Assembly (NCBI GenBank): GCA_002292815.1
Contig: DBBX01000003.1
Span: 8,160-72,159 of the forward strand
DNA: 64,000 nt
Reading direction: 5' to 3'
From: Thiotrichaceae bacterium UBA973
GTDB lineage: Bacteria > Pseudomonadota > Gammaproteobacteria > Eutrophobiales > Eutrophobiaceae
In this document: positions 50,037 to 60,107 of the stretch, in pieces
How the letters are laid out: every line of letters begins with the position of its first letter
How positions within the stretch are numbered: the stretch's first letter is position 1
The notes under the pieces: model-generated
What the model was told of the DNA's origin: nothing
What the model saw: the letters and a program-made list of their open reading frames with translations, nothing else
Database searches by the model: none
Made by a program: the position numbers and the translations under genes

Positions 50037-51629
50037 ATGCAGTTTGGCGCCAAGCCATTATTTGAAAATATATCGGTCAAATTCAGCGATAGTAACCGCT
50101 ATGGCCTGATTGGAGCCAATGGTTGCGGCAAATCGACTTTCATGAAGATACTTGATGGCAGTCTTGCACCAACATCGGGCAATGTTTCTATTGGACCAAC
50201 AGATCGTGTCGGCAAATTACATCAGGATCAATTTGCCTTTGAAGAATACGGTGTTATCGACACAGTCATTATGGGTCACACGGAATTGTGGAAAGTGAAA
50301 CAAGAGCGTGATCGAATTTATTCCCTACCCGAAATGACTGAAGAAGATGGTATGAAAGTCGCTGAACTCGAAATCAGGTTTGGTGAAATGGATGGTTATA
50401 GTGCAGAAAGCCGGGCCGGTGAATTGCTCATCAGTGCAGGTATAGAATTAGAACTACATGATGGCCCAATGAGTGAAGTAGCCCCAGGTTGGAAACTACG
50501 AGTACTATTGGCACAGGCCCTGTTTTCAGATCCTGACATTCTTTTACTTGATGAACCAACCAATAACCTGGACATCAATACTATCCGTTGGTTAGAGACC
50601 GTGCTCAATGGGCGCAAGAGCACCATGGTCATCATTTCTCATGATCGACATTTCCTGAATGCCGTTTGTACCCATATTGCCGATATCGATTACGGCGAAT
50701 TGCGTGTCTACCCTGGCAACTACGATGATTTCATGACGGCGTCGACACAAGCACGCGAACGTTTACATTCAGAAAATGCTAAAAAATCAACACAAATAGC
50801 GGACCTGCAACAATTTGTCAGTCGCTTCTCGGCCAATGCGTCAAAGGCGAAACAAGCAACTTCACGTGCCAAGCAACTGGAAAAAATTAAACTGGATGAG
50901 GTTAAACCCTCTAGCCGTGTCAGCCCTTTCATTCGTTTTAACCAAACAAAAAAATTACATCGCCTGGCATTAACCATCGAAGACCTCAGTCATGGTTATG
51001 ACGGTGAGACATTATTTAGCAAAGGCAATATGATCCTGGAAGCTGGTGCTCGTCTAGCCGTCATTGGTGAGAACGGCGCGGGGAAATCAACCCTGTTACG
51101 CTGCCTGATGAATGAGATCGCAGCAAACAACGGCATCATAAAATGGGCTGAAAATGCAGTTCAGTCATACTGTCCACAGGACACTGCCGCTGTCTTTACC
51201 TCTGACATAAATCTATTCGATTGGATGAGTCAATGGCGTAAACCTAAACACGATGATCAAGCTGTACGCGCAACATTAGGACGTCTTTTATTTTCAACCG
51301 ATGACTTTAATAAAAAGGCCAACGTCTGTTCTGGTGGTGAAAAGAATCGATTGTTGTTTGGCAAGTTGATGATGCAAGAAACCAATGTATTAATAATGGA
51401 TGAGCCTACCAATCATCTGGACATGGAAGCGATTGAAGCGTTAAACCTCGCCTTGGAACATTACGAAGGGACGTTAATCTTCGTCAGTCATGACCGTGAG
51501 TTTGTTTCATCATTGGCGACACGTGTCATTGAAATAAAAGACAATAAATTAATCGATTTCCAGGGTAGCTATGAAGAATATTTGGTCAGCCAGCAGGAAG
51601 TTGGAAAGAAAGTCGCTAACTCCAGATAA
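50037..51629 (+). CDS. ybiT: ABC-F family ATPase YbiT-like
   Basis: Two ABC cassettes (GANGCGKST / GENGAGKST; LSGGE / CSGGEKNR). 530 aa from ATG 50037; the ORF-track start 49839 is probably spurious. Confidence 0.8.
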   Translation: MQFGAKPLFENISVKFSDSNRYGLIGANGCGKSTFMKILDGSLAPTSGNVSIGPTDRVGKLHQDQFAFEEYGVIDTVIMGHTELWKVKQERDRIYSLPEMTEEDGMKVAELEIRFGEMDGYSAESRAGELLISAGIELELHDGPMSEVAPGWKLRVLLAQALFSDPDILLLDEPTNNLDINTIRWLETVLNGRKSTMVIISHDRHFLNAVCTHIADIDYGELRVYPGNYDDFMTASTQARERLHSENAKKSTQIADLQQFVSRFSANASKAKQATSRAKQLEKIKLDEVKPSSRVSPFIRFNQTKKLHRLALTIEDLSHGYDGETLFSKGNMILEAGARLAVIGENGAGKSTLLRCLMNEIAANNGIIKWAENAVQSYCPQDTAAVFTSDINLFDWMSQWRKPKHDDQAVRATLGRLLFSTDDFNKKANVCSGGEKNRLLFGKLMMQETNVLIMDEPTNHLDMEAIEALNLALEHYEGTLIFVSHDREFVSSLATRVIEIKDNKLIDFQGSYEEYLVSQQEVGKKVANSR

Positions 51630-51633
51630 ATAA

Positions 51634-52371
51634 ATGTCTATTGTTTTTGAAGAAATAGATTTTCAAACAACGCCACTCGGAGACATCAGTCTTAGACGTC
51701 GTTCAGAACCACGATTCGACAACATCATTCTTTATGAGGTAAAGCTTGGCGACGAGTTTCTCATGTCTAGCCTATTTACCGAATCTGAGATTCAACTTTC
51801 AAAATTAGGGCTCACGGCTCTTAAAGAAAATAACCATACAAAAAATCTGGATATAATCGTTGGTGGATTAGGTCTTGGTTATACCGCTGTTGCGGCACTG
51901 GAAGATCCTGCTATCAAATCACTTAGGGTTATTGAAGTCATGGCTCCGGTGATTGATTGGCACCAGCGTGGCCTTGTCCCACTTGGCGATAAATTAACGG
52001 CAGACTCACGCTGTACACTGGTTCATGATGATTTCTTTGCTATTGCCTCTGCTGATAATGGTAGTTTTGATAAAGAAGAACCAGAAAAATTAGTGCATGC
52101 AGTACTGCTCGACATCGACCATTCACCGAGCCATTGGCTCAATGAAGGTAACCGTTCTTTCTATACGGTGTCTGCATTAGAAAACCTCTCCAGGAAAATA
52201 CTTCCCAGTGGTATTTTTGGTGTCTGGTCAAACGACCCGCCAGACAATGATTTCATAAAGCTACTTGAGTCTGTATTCCAATCAGTTGAATCACATATAG
52301 TTAGCTTTCCAAACCCATACACAGACGGAAATTCTGCCTGCACTGTTTATGTCGCACAAACTAAACCCTAG
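51634..52371 (+). CDS. spermidine-synthase-like (polyamine aminopropyltransferase fold) protein
   Basis: IIVGGLGLGYT Rossmann-like motif and DIDHSP; 4 nt after ybiT. Confidence 0.55.
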   Translation: MSIVFEEIDFQTTPLGDISLRRRSEPRFDNIILYEVKLGDEFLMSSLFTESEIQLSKLGLTALKENNHTKNLDIIVGGLGLGYTAVAALEDPAIKSLRVIEVMAPVIDWHQRGLVPLGDKLTADSRCTLVHDDFFAIASADNGSFDKEEPEKLVHAVLLDIDHSPSHWLNEGNRSFYTVSALENLSRKILPSGIFGVWSNDPPDNDFIKLLESVFQSVESHIVSFPNPYTDGNSACTVYVAQTKP

Positions 52372-52514
52372 CCGCATAACATTCATAATCCTGGTAAAAA
52401 ATATAATTCAAATTCTGTTGATTTGGATCAAGATGCTATAAAGTATATAACCTTATATTTACATTCAAGATGGTCACATTAGCTTTTGTAGTTACAGATA
52501 TATAAGGAGTTACT

Positions 52515-53012
52515 ATGCGTTATATAAAACCGATTCTTCAACTATTGTTATTAGTAAGCATAAACCAAATTGCAGTCGCGGATGAACATGGACATCAAGA
52601 CGTAAAGACCGAGTTCTATCAAGTCACACATGGCAAAGTAGATGCAGCGACATTTATTGGTTGGAGCATGTATCACAACGCATGCGTGAATTGTCATGGC
52701 GTCGGCGGAGTTGGTAGTGACATTGCCCCTGATTTAACAGAAATTGCAGACCGCCTAAGTCCTGAACAATTTAGGTTAAAGGTGATGCACAATACTATTG
52801 TCAGATTTACAGGCGATGATTGGCGGAATATGGAACAAGCACTGTTTGAAGAAATTGCGAAACAGGAAAAACGTGACGCAGGTGAATTGGAAACAATGCC
52901 ACGTTGGAAACACAACCCTGCGGTAACGGCAAATATTAAAAACATTTATCGCTACCTGAAAGCACGCGCGGATGGTGTTATTGGCCCAGAGAAACCGGAA
53001 CTATTAAAATAG
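52515..53012 (+). CDS. c-type cytochrome (single CxxCH), periplasmic
   Basis: Signal peptide; heme motif CVNCHG. Confidence 0.6.
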   Translation: MRYIKPILQLLLLVSINQIAVADEHGHQDVKTEFYQVTHGKVDAATFIGWSMYHNACVNCHGVGGVGSDIAPDLTEIADRLSPEQFRLKVMHNTIVRFTGDDWRNMEQALFEEIAKQEKRDAGELETMPRWKHNPAVTANIKNIYRYLKARADGVIGPEKPELLK

Positions 53013-53040
53013 TAATTAAATATTAAGAAAACTATAACGA

Positions 53041-53853
53041 TTATTTTTTTATCTCCGTTAGTATTTTAGCGAACCCTTCAGAGCAACTCATGTTTAAGAA
53101 TTGGCCATTGCTGCTGTTTAATGCTCGTTCAGTAAATGAATTTGATTCGATATTAATATCAATGATAGCGCCCTTATTTTGGTAGACCATATTGGCCACA
53201 TGATTAGGTAAGGTAGTTGCACCAGATGTTCCTGCAATAATCAGAACATCTGTTTTTTCCGCAACCGCCATGGCACTTTCAAACTTGAAATAATGTTCAT
53301 CGTAACTTTCATCAAACCACAGCACATGCGGACGTGTACCCACACCACAATCGGGACACTTTAAACAGTTTTTATCTTCTACTGATAAAGACTGGTCTTT
53401 CTCTCTAAGAAAGAGTTTTTGTGGTAAGGCAATAAGTCTTTGTTGACACTCATTAACACAACGCATAAAAAAAACATTACCATGTATTTGAAAGGTCCGC
53501 TCTGGATTGCTGCCCGCTCGAATATGTAAGTTATCAACATTCTGAGTAATCAGCGTAAACCTATCCTGAAGGATTCGCTCTATCTCCACCAAAGCAAGAT
53601 GAGCTTGATTTGGTTCGGCATTAAGACACACACTCGCACGATAAAGATACCACTGCCATAGTTCATCAGGGTGTTTAGTAAACATGGCATAGGTTGCCAT
53701 TTCTTGCGGATGATATTCTTTTGCGCCAACTGTCCAGTAACCTTCAGGACCACGAAACGTCGGGATACCGCTTTCAGACGAAATGCCCGCTCCAGTAAGA
53801 AAGGTAATCTGCTTGGCCTGATCGGAGAATATTGTTTGTAGTCTAGTGCTCAT
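53041..53853 (-). CDS. Sir2-family NAD-dependent protein deacylase (canonical sirtuin with Zn ribbon)
   Basis: GAGISSESGIPTFRG, QNVDNLH, catalytic His; Cys4 zinc module CVNEC ... CLKCPDC. Confidence 0.75.
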   Translation of the reverse strand: MSTRLQTIFSDQAKQITFLTGAGISSESGIPTFRGPEGYWTVGAKEYHPQEMATYAMFTKHPDELWQWYLYRASVCLNAEPNQAHLALVEIERILQDRFTLITQNVDNLHIRAGSNPERTFQIHGNVFFMRCVNECQQRLIALPQKLFLREKDQSLSVEDKNCLKCPDCGVGTRPHVLWFDESYDEHYFKFESAMAVAEKTDVLIIAGTSGATTLPNHVANMVYQNKGAIIDINIESNSFTERALNSSNGQFLNMSCSEGFAKILTEIKK

Positions 53854-54007
53854 GCGACAAGCTTGATTTCTTAATATTAATTATTAGTATTTCAGCTCTG
53901 TATAATTACAAATAATGACAGATCTAATATCATGCGAATATAGATATTGATAAACGTGGGCTGAAGCCTATGATTCCTGATTGACCCTACACATTAATTA
54001 ATCCCAT

Positions 54008-55000
54008 ATGAATATAAAACTACTGCTGCTTATCGTTTTAATACTGAATCTCACTTATGCAAATGCTGAATCAGTTAAAGACTTCGGTAGTAACCCCGGT
54101 AATGTAAATATGTATACGTATGTTCCTGAGAATATGCCCGCTAATGCCCCTTTAGTGGTTTCCCTGCATGGTTGTTTTCAGGATGCTGAAACTTATAACA
54201 AAGTGGGTTGGAAAACGCTGGCAGATACGTGGAAGTTTTATTTGATCTTTCCCGAGCAAAAAAGAAGTAATAATCTTTATAAATGCTGGAATTGGTTTCA
54301 GGCGGAAAATATCAAACGTGGCCAAGGTGAAAGTAAATCAATTGTGCAAATGATTGAAAAAATGATAGCTGACTATTCAATCGATAATAGTCGAATCTAT
54401 GTAGAAGGACTCTCCGCCGGAGCCTATATGACATCAGCCTTGTTAGCCTCCTATCCTGATGTGTTTGCAGGGGGAGCGACCAACGCTGGCGGACCGGCCT
54501 TATGTGCTAAGACAGAAAAGCATTTTTGGGATATCTTTAGTTGGTGGTATTTAAAACAGAGTTTTTCGGACGCTAAAGCATGTATGAATGGCATTGATAA
54601 ATCACCCGAGGAATGGGGTGAACTGGTGCATAACGAGGGTTATGAGGACTTTAATGGCCCATGGCCAACCATCTCAATCTGGCATGGTGCAGCCGATGAA
54701 ACTGTTGATAAAATCAACCAGCAAGAACTCATTGACCAATGGACTTATCTTCATGGTATTGACCAGATAGCTGACAAAAAAGGCAAGTCGGGCAAGACGA
54801 TTAATGTCATTCATGAGGAATTCCATGACAACAATGGCAAGTTACTTATTGAGACCTATTTAGTCCCTGAGATGTCACACGGGATAGCAGTGGATACAAA
54901 TGCTGGTTGTGGAGAAACGGATAAATATATTCTTGATGCAGGCATCTGCGCAGTGCGCCAAATTGGACTCTTCTGGAAGCTAAATACTGCTCAACAATAA
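54008..55000 (+). CDS. secreted esterase of the PHB-depolymerase (LpqC-like) family
   Basis: Signal peptide; LVVSLHGC ... GLSAGAYM (GxSxG) ... IWHGAAD. Confidence 0.65.
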   Translation: MNIKLLLLIVLILNLTYANAESVKDFGSNPGNVNMYTYVPENMPANAPLVVSLHGCFQDAETYNKVGWKTLADTWKFYLIFPEQKRSNNLYKCWNWFQAENIKRGQGESKSIVQMIEKMIADYSIDNSRIYVEGLSAGAYMTSALLASYPDVFAGGATNAGGPALCAKTEKHFWDIFSWWYLKQSFSDAKACMNGIDKSPEEWGELVHNEGYEDFNGPWPTISIWHGAADETVDKINQQELIDQWTYLHGIDQIADKKGKSGKTINVIHEEFHDNNGKLLIETYLVPEMSHGIAVDTNAGCGETDKYILDAGICAVRQIGLFWKLNTAQQ

Positions 55001-55011
55001 ACTACTACCGT

Positions 55012-55461
55012 TTAACTGGCTTTTTCTATGCCAGCAAGAACGATATCAGCAAATCTATTTTCAATTTCAGAATTAGTATCCACCGTAAGATCTTCTGCTA
55101 TCTCACCAATCATTAACTTTGTAAGCTGTTCCGGTAAGGCCTTCTTAAATTTCGTTAACACATCGGCAGGTGCTGCAATTGCCAATAAATCAAACATGTC
55201 TAACTTGTGGTGTTCTGCCAAGAAGTCTATCTGACACTGAATATTATCTATTTTTTTCGATACGGCTGAGTCACCAGTTCCATTCAATGGTTTTCCATTA
55301 ACCATCAGATAGCCAAGTTCAGCATAGGCTGGTAAATCATCGGCATTCAAGATCGTAAGTGCCTTTCCTTCGCCTTTGTTAATCAATATTTTTAAATATC
55401 TGCCGTCGCTCAGCACGACCCATGTTCTTACGTTACTCATAATATTATTTTCTATTAACAA
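55012..55461 (-). CDS. host-attachment-protein-family protein (tentative)
   Basis: About 140-aa ORF with VRTWVVLSDGRYLKIL N-terminus resembling that family; weak. Confidence 0.35.
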   Translation of the reverse strand: MLIENNIMSNVRTWVVLSDGRYLKILINKGEGKALTILNADDLPAYAELGYLMVNGKPLNGTGDSAVSKKIDNIQCQIDFLAEHHKLDMFDLLAIAAPADVLTKFKKALPEQLTKLMIGEIAEDLTVDTNSEIENRFADIVLAGIEKAS

Positions 55462-55533
55462 TTAATTTTAATAAATATGATGGATGAGAAGATTCACCCA
55501 CCATATCTATGATACAGAATAATTTGCCCGCTG

Positions 55534-55995
55534 TTAGTACTTAAGCAAATCTTTGGCACTATCTACTGCACCATCTTTAGCCGCGTCCATCGCTTTTTCT
55601 TTAACCATTTCTTCAGCCTGTTCCTTTGCCATGTCAGTGGTTTGTTCTTTAACCATTTCAGTCCCTTTTTCTTTGGCCGCTGCCATCATCTCATCCTTGT
55701 TTTCATCTATATATTCCTGAGCTGCGTCTTTTGCCACTTCAACGACTTCATCGGTCATCGTTTTCGTTTCTTCCGCGGCTTCTTCTGCCATTGCAGTAGT
55801 TTCTTCTGCTGCGGCTTCAGTAGATTCAGCCACTGCAGCACTTGCCTTTGTTGCTGCCTTGCTGGCTTCATTCATAGCCGCTTTAGTGCTACTTTCTGCC
55901 TCGCTCATCGTTTTGGATGCAGCTGACTTGTCATCATCACTACAACCAGCCATTGACAAAATAAGTACTAGGCCAAGCATTTGTAACTTCTTCAT
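55534..55995 (-). CDS. Ala/Glu/Lys-rich low-complexity lipoprotein
   Basis: Lipobox LSMAGCS; degenerate A/E/K/T repeats. Confidence 0.45.
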   Translation of the reverse strand: MKKLQMLGLVLILSMAGCSDDDKSAASKTMSEAESSTKAAMNEASKAATKASAAVAESTEAAAEETTAMAEEAAEETKTMTDEVVEVAKDAAQEYIDENKDEMMAAAKEKGTEMVKEQTTDMAKEQAEEMVKEKAMDAAKDGAVDSAKDLLKY

Positions 55996-56137
55996 TGTTT
56001 AAGTCTCCAGATAATTACTTATATTGAATATATAAGGGCTCGCATTTGTACACTTTGAGGCAGTATTAAGCAACAGATTAATTCTGTAATCTGGAACATA
56101 TCGGGAAGATCATGAAAAGCTGAAGTTAAGACGTCGA

Positions 56138-56467
56138 TTACTGTTTACGCCACATCACACTACAACCTTCCTCAGCAGCCCTGCTGAGCATCTGAATTAA
56201 AGGAAATGCACGACCCGAAATACTGACTTTCGGCTCAACCTCATCTTCTTCGGCATCTGCTCCTGCATCCGGGTTATCTTCATCGTACCCTTCGTTATTC
56301 TGTGCTTCAATCGCAGACTTAAGTCGCTCAAGCACAGCAGGAACATCTTTAGCAGCAATCGCACTCGGTATCGTACCGCTGTGCCCCATCAGCTCAAACA
56401 TGCGTTCTGCTACATCCCCAAACATGGTGATATCGCCAGTCGCATTTGATGAAAAAATAATTAACAT
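56138..56467 (-). CDS. DUF1840-like protein
   Basis: 109-aa ORF with acidic central region. Confidence 0.4.
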   Translation of the reverse strand: MLIIFSSNATGDITMFGDVAERMFELMGHSGTIPSAIAAKDVPAVLERLKSAIEAQNNEGYDEDNPDAGADAEEDEVEPKVSISGRAFPLIQMLSRAAEEGCSVMWRKQ

Positions 56468-56699
56468 AATTTTCTAATTTTAAACCCATTGAAGAATAAT
56501 TACATTATAGCAATATTAAAACGGCCTGTTTCAGACAACATGGATAAACATAAGGTCATTTTCATGAGAATTGATTGACTCTCAAAATATAAGGACTATA
56601 TATTGACTAATCGTAATAAATTTCATGGACAGAGACAGGTTGTTTCATGTCAGTCCATGGGAATACTTATCCATATACACCAATTAATAAGGGGGCGTT

Positions 56700-56849
56700 A
56701 TGACTGTTTGTCCTATAGCAAATTCGGTAGGTTGTGAAAAATGTGCCGTAGTGAAAATTTGCCTTCTGAGATCAGTGCTCGGTAATTATGACGCAGAAAC
56801 AACAGAACAGGCTAATTCAACTGAATCTGAACCCAAACCACCGGATTAA
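56700..56849 (+). CDS. small Cys-rich protein (49 aa), below the threshold of the ORF track
   Basis: ATG 8 nt after an AAGGGGG RBS; MTVCPIANSVGCEKCAVVKIC... Confidence 0.25.
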   Translation: MTVCPIANSVGCEKCAVVKICLLRSVLGNYDAETTEQANSTESEPKPPD

Positions 56850-56851
56850 TA

Positions 56852-57397
56852 TTACCAAATCAAATCATCTGGTATTTTATAGTCCGCATAAGGATCATCT
56901 TCATCCTGTTCGGTCTCGATACTATGATCAGTTTTAATTATGCAATCAGCATCACGTTGTATGATTTTTTCAGCAACCGGCTTCGGTACAAGTTCGTAAC
57001 CCTCGCCTAGTTTGGCAATCACTAGCTTGCCACTCATAAGATGCTGATGTATTTTTTCTGATACAAATAACCGTTTAACCACATTTACATCCGTAAAATT
57101 ATAAACAATCTCACCCTCACGATCGTCGACATGATTAGTTTCGATCAATTGAATAATCTGCGCAGCAATTGCCTTACGCTCAGCTTCTTCTTTCTTTTGC
57201 TGATTGATCTCTCGATCACGTTCAACTTTTTCAGCCTGCGCCTTTTTAGCCAAGATCTTGGCTTCGTCTAACTGGGTAGCCGAGCCTTTTTTGGTCTTCT
57301 GCTTTTTATTTTTATATTGTTCATGCTTGGCCTTATGCGCCTTTTTCTTATCGACCAGTCCGGTCTTTTTAAGCTGATCAATCAGTGAATTACCCAT
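56852..57397 (-). CDS. DUF2058 (YaiL-like) protein
   Basis: Basic K-rich N-terminus plus conserved C-terminal domain. Confidence 0.6.
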   Translation of the reverse strand: MGNSLIDQLKKTGLVDKKKAHKAKHEQYKNKKQKTKKGSATQLDEAKILAKKAQAEKVERDREINQQKKEEAERKAIAAQIIQLIETNHVDDREGEIVYNFTDVNVVKRLFVSEKIHQHLMSGKLVIAKLGEGYELVPKPVAEKIIQRDADCIIKTDHSIETEQDEDDPYADYKIPDDLIW

Positions 57398-57467
57398 TGG
57401 GTGTGCTCCGTCTGTAATGGTGAGTAAGCTTAAAGGTATCGATTTACCTTAAGCTAAATCGATTGTA

Positions 57468-58040
57468 TTAGTTCTTTTGTATTATTGTAAACGCACCCCG
57501 AATATCACCAACATTGAATCCAGTGGCCCTATCATCCGGATAATGCTTTAGCAGCGCTGTTTTAACTGGTTCAGTCAAGCTCTCACCATGACACGTTAGA
57601 CACAATCCTTTGGTGGGTATTGCCTTCATATAACGAAACCCTTGTTTGGTTTCCTCATAATATTCAAATTTAGCGATGGCTTCGCCCTGTTGTTTGCGTT
57701 GCTCAAACATCTGTAAGACGTTTTTCTCCCAAGCATCGGGGTTATTATCTGGGTTGCGTGTTTTTAAAGCGGTACGACCAATAGACCAATTGTATTTCTC
57801 AGATAGACCTGTCGCTATTTTTGGCGCTTCAATATTGCAAACATTTATTGCTGTTACCGGTCCACCATCTCCTAGAGCCTGCTTTAGTTCGCCTATCAAT
57901 TTACTTCCAAATGCTTCTACGACCATTCTCGATTGACTAACACGAGAATCAACCTCTGGCGCTGTTTCCGATAAAACAGAAGACGAAAGAAGAGTAAGGA
58001 GCAATGTTGTTATTAATCGTATTAGCTTTATGCCGTTCAT
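57468..58040 (-). CDS. DUF3365 (Tll0287-like) periplasmic heme protein with C-terminal CxxCH
   Basis: Signal peptide; CLTCHG. Confidence 0.55.
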   Translation of the reverse strand: MNGIKLIRLITTLLLTLLSSSVLSETAPEVDSRVSQSRMVVEAFGSKLIGELKQALGDGGPVTAINVCNIEAPKIATGLSEKYNWSIGRTALKTRNPDNNPDAWEKNVLQMFEQRKQQGEAIAKFEYYEETKQGFRYMKAIPTKGLCLTCHGESLTEPVKTALLKHYPDDRATGFNVGDIRGAFTIIQKN

Positions 58041-58168
58041 TGAGGTTACCTATGTGCATTTTCTACAATATTATGTGACTTTAGATTAGCGAAAATATTG
58101 GTTCAGGTCAGTTAGATATCGTTTAGAGTACTCCAAGCACTTTCAGCTTCAGAACAGATGACTAGATC

Positions 58169-58580
58169 TTATTCTTTATCAAGCCACGCCAAGGCATCGT
58201 CTAAAGAAGTGAACCCTCTAACATTAAAACCACTACCTTGCAGAATAACTTGTGGTGTATAACTAATCAGTTCCTTGGAAATAGATATAGGCATATTGGT
58301 CAACTTCGCCCTTTAGTATTGCCGAGGCATAACTCGCAAATTCGAATTTGTCCGAATCAGAAAACGGGGCTCCGACATGCGTTACATCAACGATTACTTT
58401 ATGGATGTCATTTGCCTAACATGCTACCAACAAATCGTCGGGAATCTCCTGAAAATCCAACACACGAATTGGCGCATAAATCATGGTAGAAATATAGTCG
58501 CCGATGACCATGATATCATGTGCTGACATTGTTCTAACGCAATCTAGAGTATCGCTGTAGTGTACTAAGGAAATGAGCAT
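58169..58580 (-). pseudogene. disrupted gene downstream of the Ser/Thr kinase (about 135 codons, one in-frame TAG at 58416..58418 and a +1 frameshift near 58265)
   Basis: Minus-strand translation gives MLISLVHYSDTLDCVRTMSAHDIMVIGDYISTMIYAPIRVLDFQEIPDDLLVAC*ANDIHKVIVDVTHVGAPFSD ... then, after a frame change, ...GFTSLDDALAWLDKE*. No intact ORF of 60 aa or more here. Confidence 0.3.
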
Positions 58581-58598
58581 CCATCCATGTGAGTAGTA

Positions 58599-59876
58599 TT
58601 AATTCTTGGCCAGCACGCTGGTTGTGTCGGTCAATCTTGCTACCAATGTTTTGACAAATACTTTTAAAAATCGAAGCTGTGTACTTTCATTAGCGCGATC
58701 CAATGTCGAGGCATTAACCTGTATCAAAGAGACATCCGAGCTCGACCGAACCGATGCTGTCCGTTTGGTCTTGGTTATATACCCCATTTCTCCAAAACAG
58801 TCCCCGGCCTGAAGATGGTCAATACTTAATTTGTTTTTTTCGACACTGACGATGCCAGACAACAAGATATAAAATGAATGGTCCTCATCTCCCTCCTGGA
58901 TAATGTATTCATCCTTTTTATATTTATGCCAATCACAAGCGCGCATCAGTTCCCAAATATCAACATCAGAAAAACTATCGAAGAATCTCAGGTTTTTAAT
59001 AGCCTCAAACTTTTGTTTCAACGCATCTTCATTATCCATGTCATCGAGGTCTTGAAAGATCAAGGCCAGATCGGACGCCAGATCTAGCCCCATACTGTAG
59101 CGCTGCACCGATTCCTTGTGCAACATGCGCTTCATGATTGATTCCAGTTGCTCGGGAATATCAGTTCTGAACTCTGACAAAGACAGAGGATCTTCTCGAG
59201 TAATATTATGAATAATGGCATTGATATTATCCGCTCTAAAAGGATGCCGTCCGCTAAGCAGTTCATACATGACCACACCTAGCGAAAAGATATCAGTATT
59301 ATTGGTCATATCACGTTCAGTAATTTGTTCAGGCGACATATACAAGGGCGAACCCAGCAAACCACCAATCTGAGTCTCCATGTAGTCATCTCGGTTAATC
59401 AAGGCCACACTGAAATCCGCAATCTTGATATCTCTGGTACGGGTTTGCATTATGTTGTTGGGTTTAATATCGCGGTGAACAATGCCCTGCCGATGCGCAT
59501 AATCCAGTGCCTTTGCGCAATTATAAATAACATTTACAACATCCCTTAGCGGCAATAAAGAGTCACTCTTACAATAATCCCCTAGTGTTTTTGCTTCCGG
59601 GATGTAATCCATAACCAGATAATAATACTCACCCTCAATATTCGCATCATAGACCCTGAGTATATTGGGATGATTTAAGACACTGGCAGCATGGGCCTCA
59701 GTAAAAAAAAGCCGTTTGAAACGATCTCCAGTTTTCTCATTGTTTAGAGCTTCTGAATGAACCAGCTTGATCGCAACATTCTTGTCAAGAAACGGGTCGT
59801 GTGCGGAATAGACCACAGCCATACTGCCGCGTCCAAGCTCATCCAGAATTTCATACTTACCGACTTTTACAGGCAT
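58599..59876 (-). CDS. Hanks-type Ser/Thr protein kinase fused to a C-terminal cyclic-nucleotide-binding (CAP-family) domain
   Basis: GRGSMAVVY, AIK, HRDIKPNN, DFS, SPLYMSPE kinase motifs; C-terminal FGEMGY...RTASVRS phosphate-binding cassette. Confidence 0.8.
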   Translation of the reverse strand: MPVKVGKYEILDELGRGSMAVVYSAHDPFLDKNVAIKLVHSEALNNEKTGDRFKRLFFTEAHAASVLNHPNILRVYDANIEGEYYYLVMDYIPEAKTLGDYCKSDSLLPLRDVVNVIYNCAKALDYAHRQGIVHRDIKPNNIMQTRTRDIKIADFSVALINRDDYMETQIGGLLGSPLYMSPEQITERDMTNNTDIFSLGVVMYELLSGRHPFRADNINAIIHNITREDPLSLSEFRTDIPEQLESIMKRMLHKESVQRYSMGLDLASDLALIFQDLDDMDNEDALKQKFEAIKNLRFFDSFSDVDIWELMRACDWHKYKKDEYIIQEGDEDHSFYILLSGIVSVEKNKLSIDHLQAGDCFGEMGYITKTKRTASVRSSSDVSLIQVNASTLDRANESTQLRFLKVFVKTLVARLTDTTSVLAKN

Positions 59877-60107
59877 GACATAGGTTGTTTCTTATCTTTT
59901 ATAATTATTTAGTTCAAAATCAGGAACTCTCCCAGAGCATCAATCATATAACATCGCGAATCAACACCAAAGTGTGAAATGTAAGAATACATAACGCTTT
60001 TCGATAAAACCTACTAATATTTGAAATTGCGTCTGGATTAGATGAACATCTAATAACAGAGTATAGATATGTCAGTTTATAATTTTCAGCTTAGGAAAAG
60101 TTCAGGT

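Noticed and set aside
53041-53853. Sir2-domain gene as a candidate anti-phage (Thoeris/DSR-like) NADase
   Set aside because: It carries the Cys4 zinc-ribbon module and length of canonical sirtuin deacylases. It has no partner sensor gene (TIR, SLOG, pAgo, HerA) nearby. Housekeeping CobB-like deacylase is the simpler call.
58238-58489. Plus-strand 83-aa ORF from the ORF track
   Set aside because: Low-complexity Arg/His/Pro-rich translation antisense to a more protein-like (though disrupted) minus-strand frame; judged spurious.
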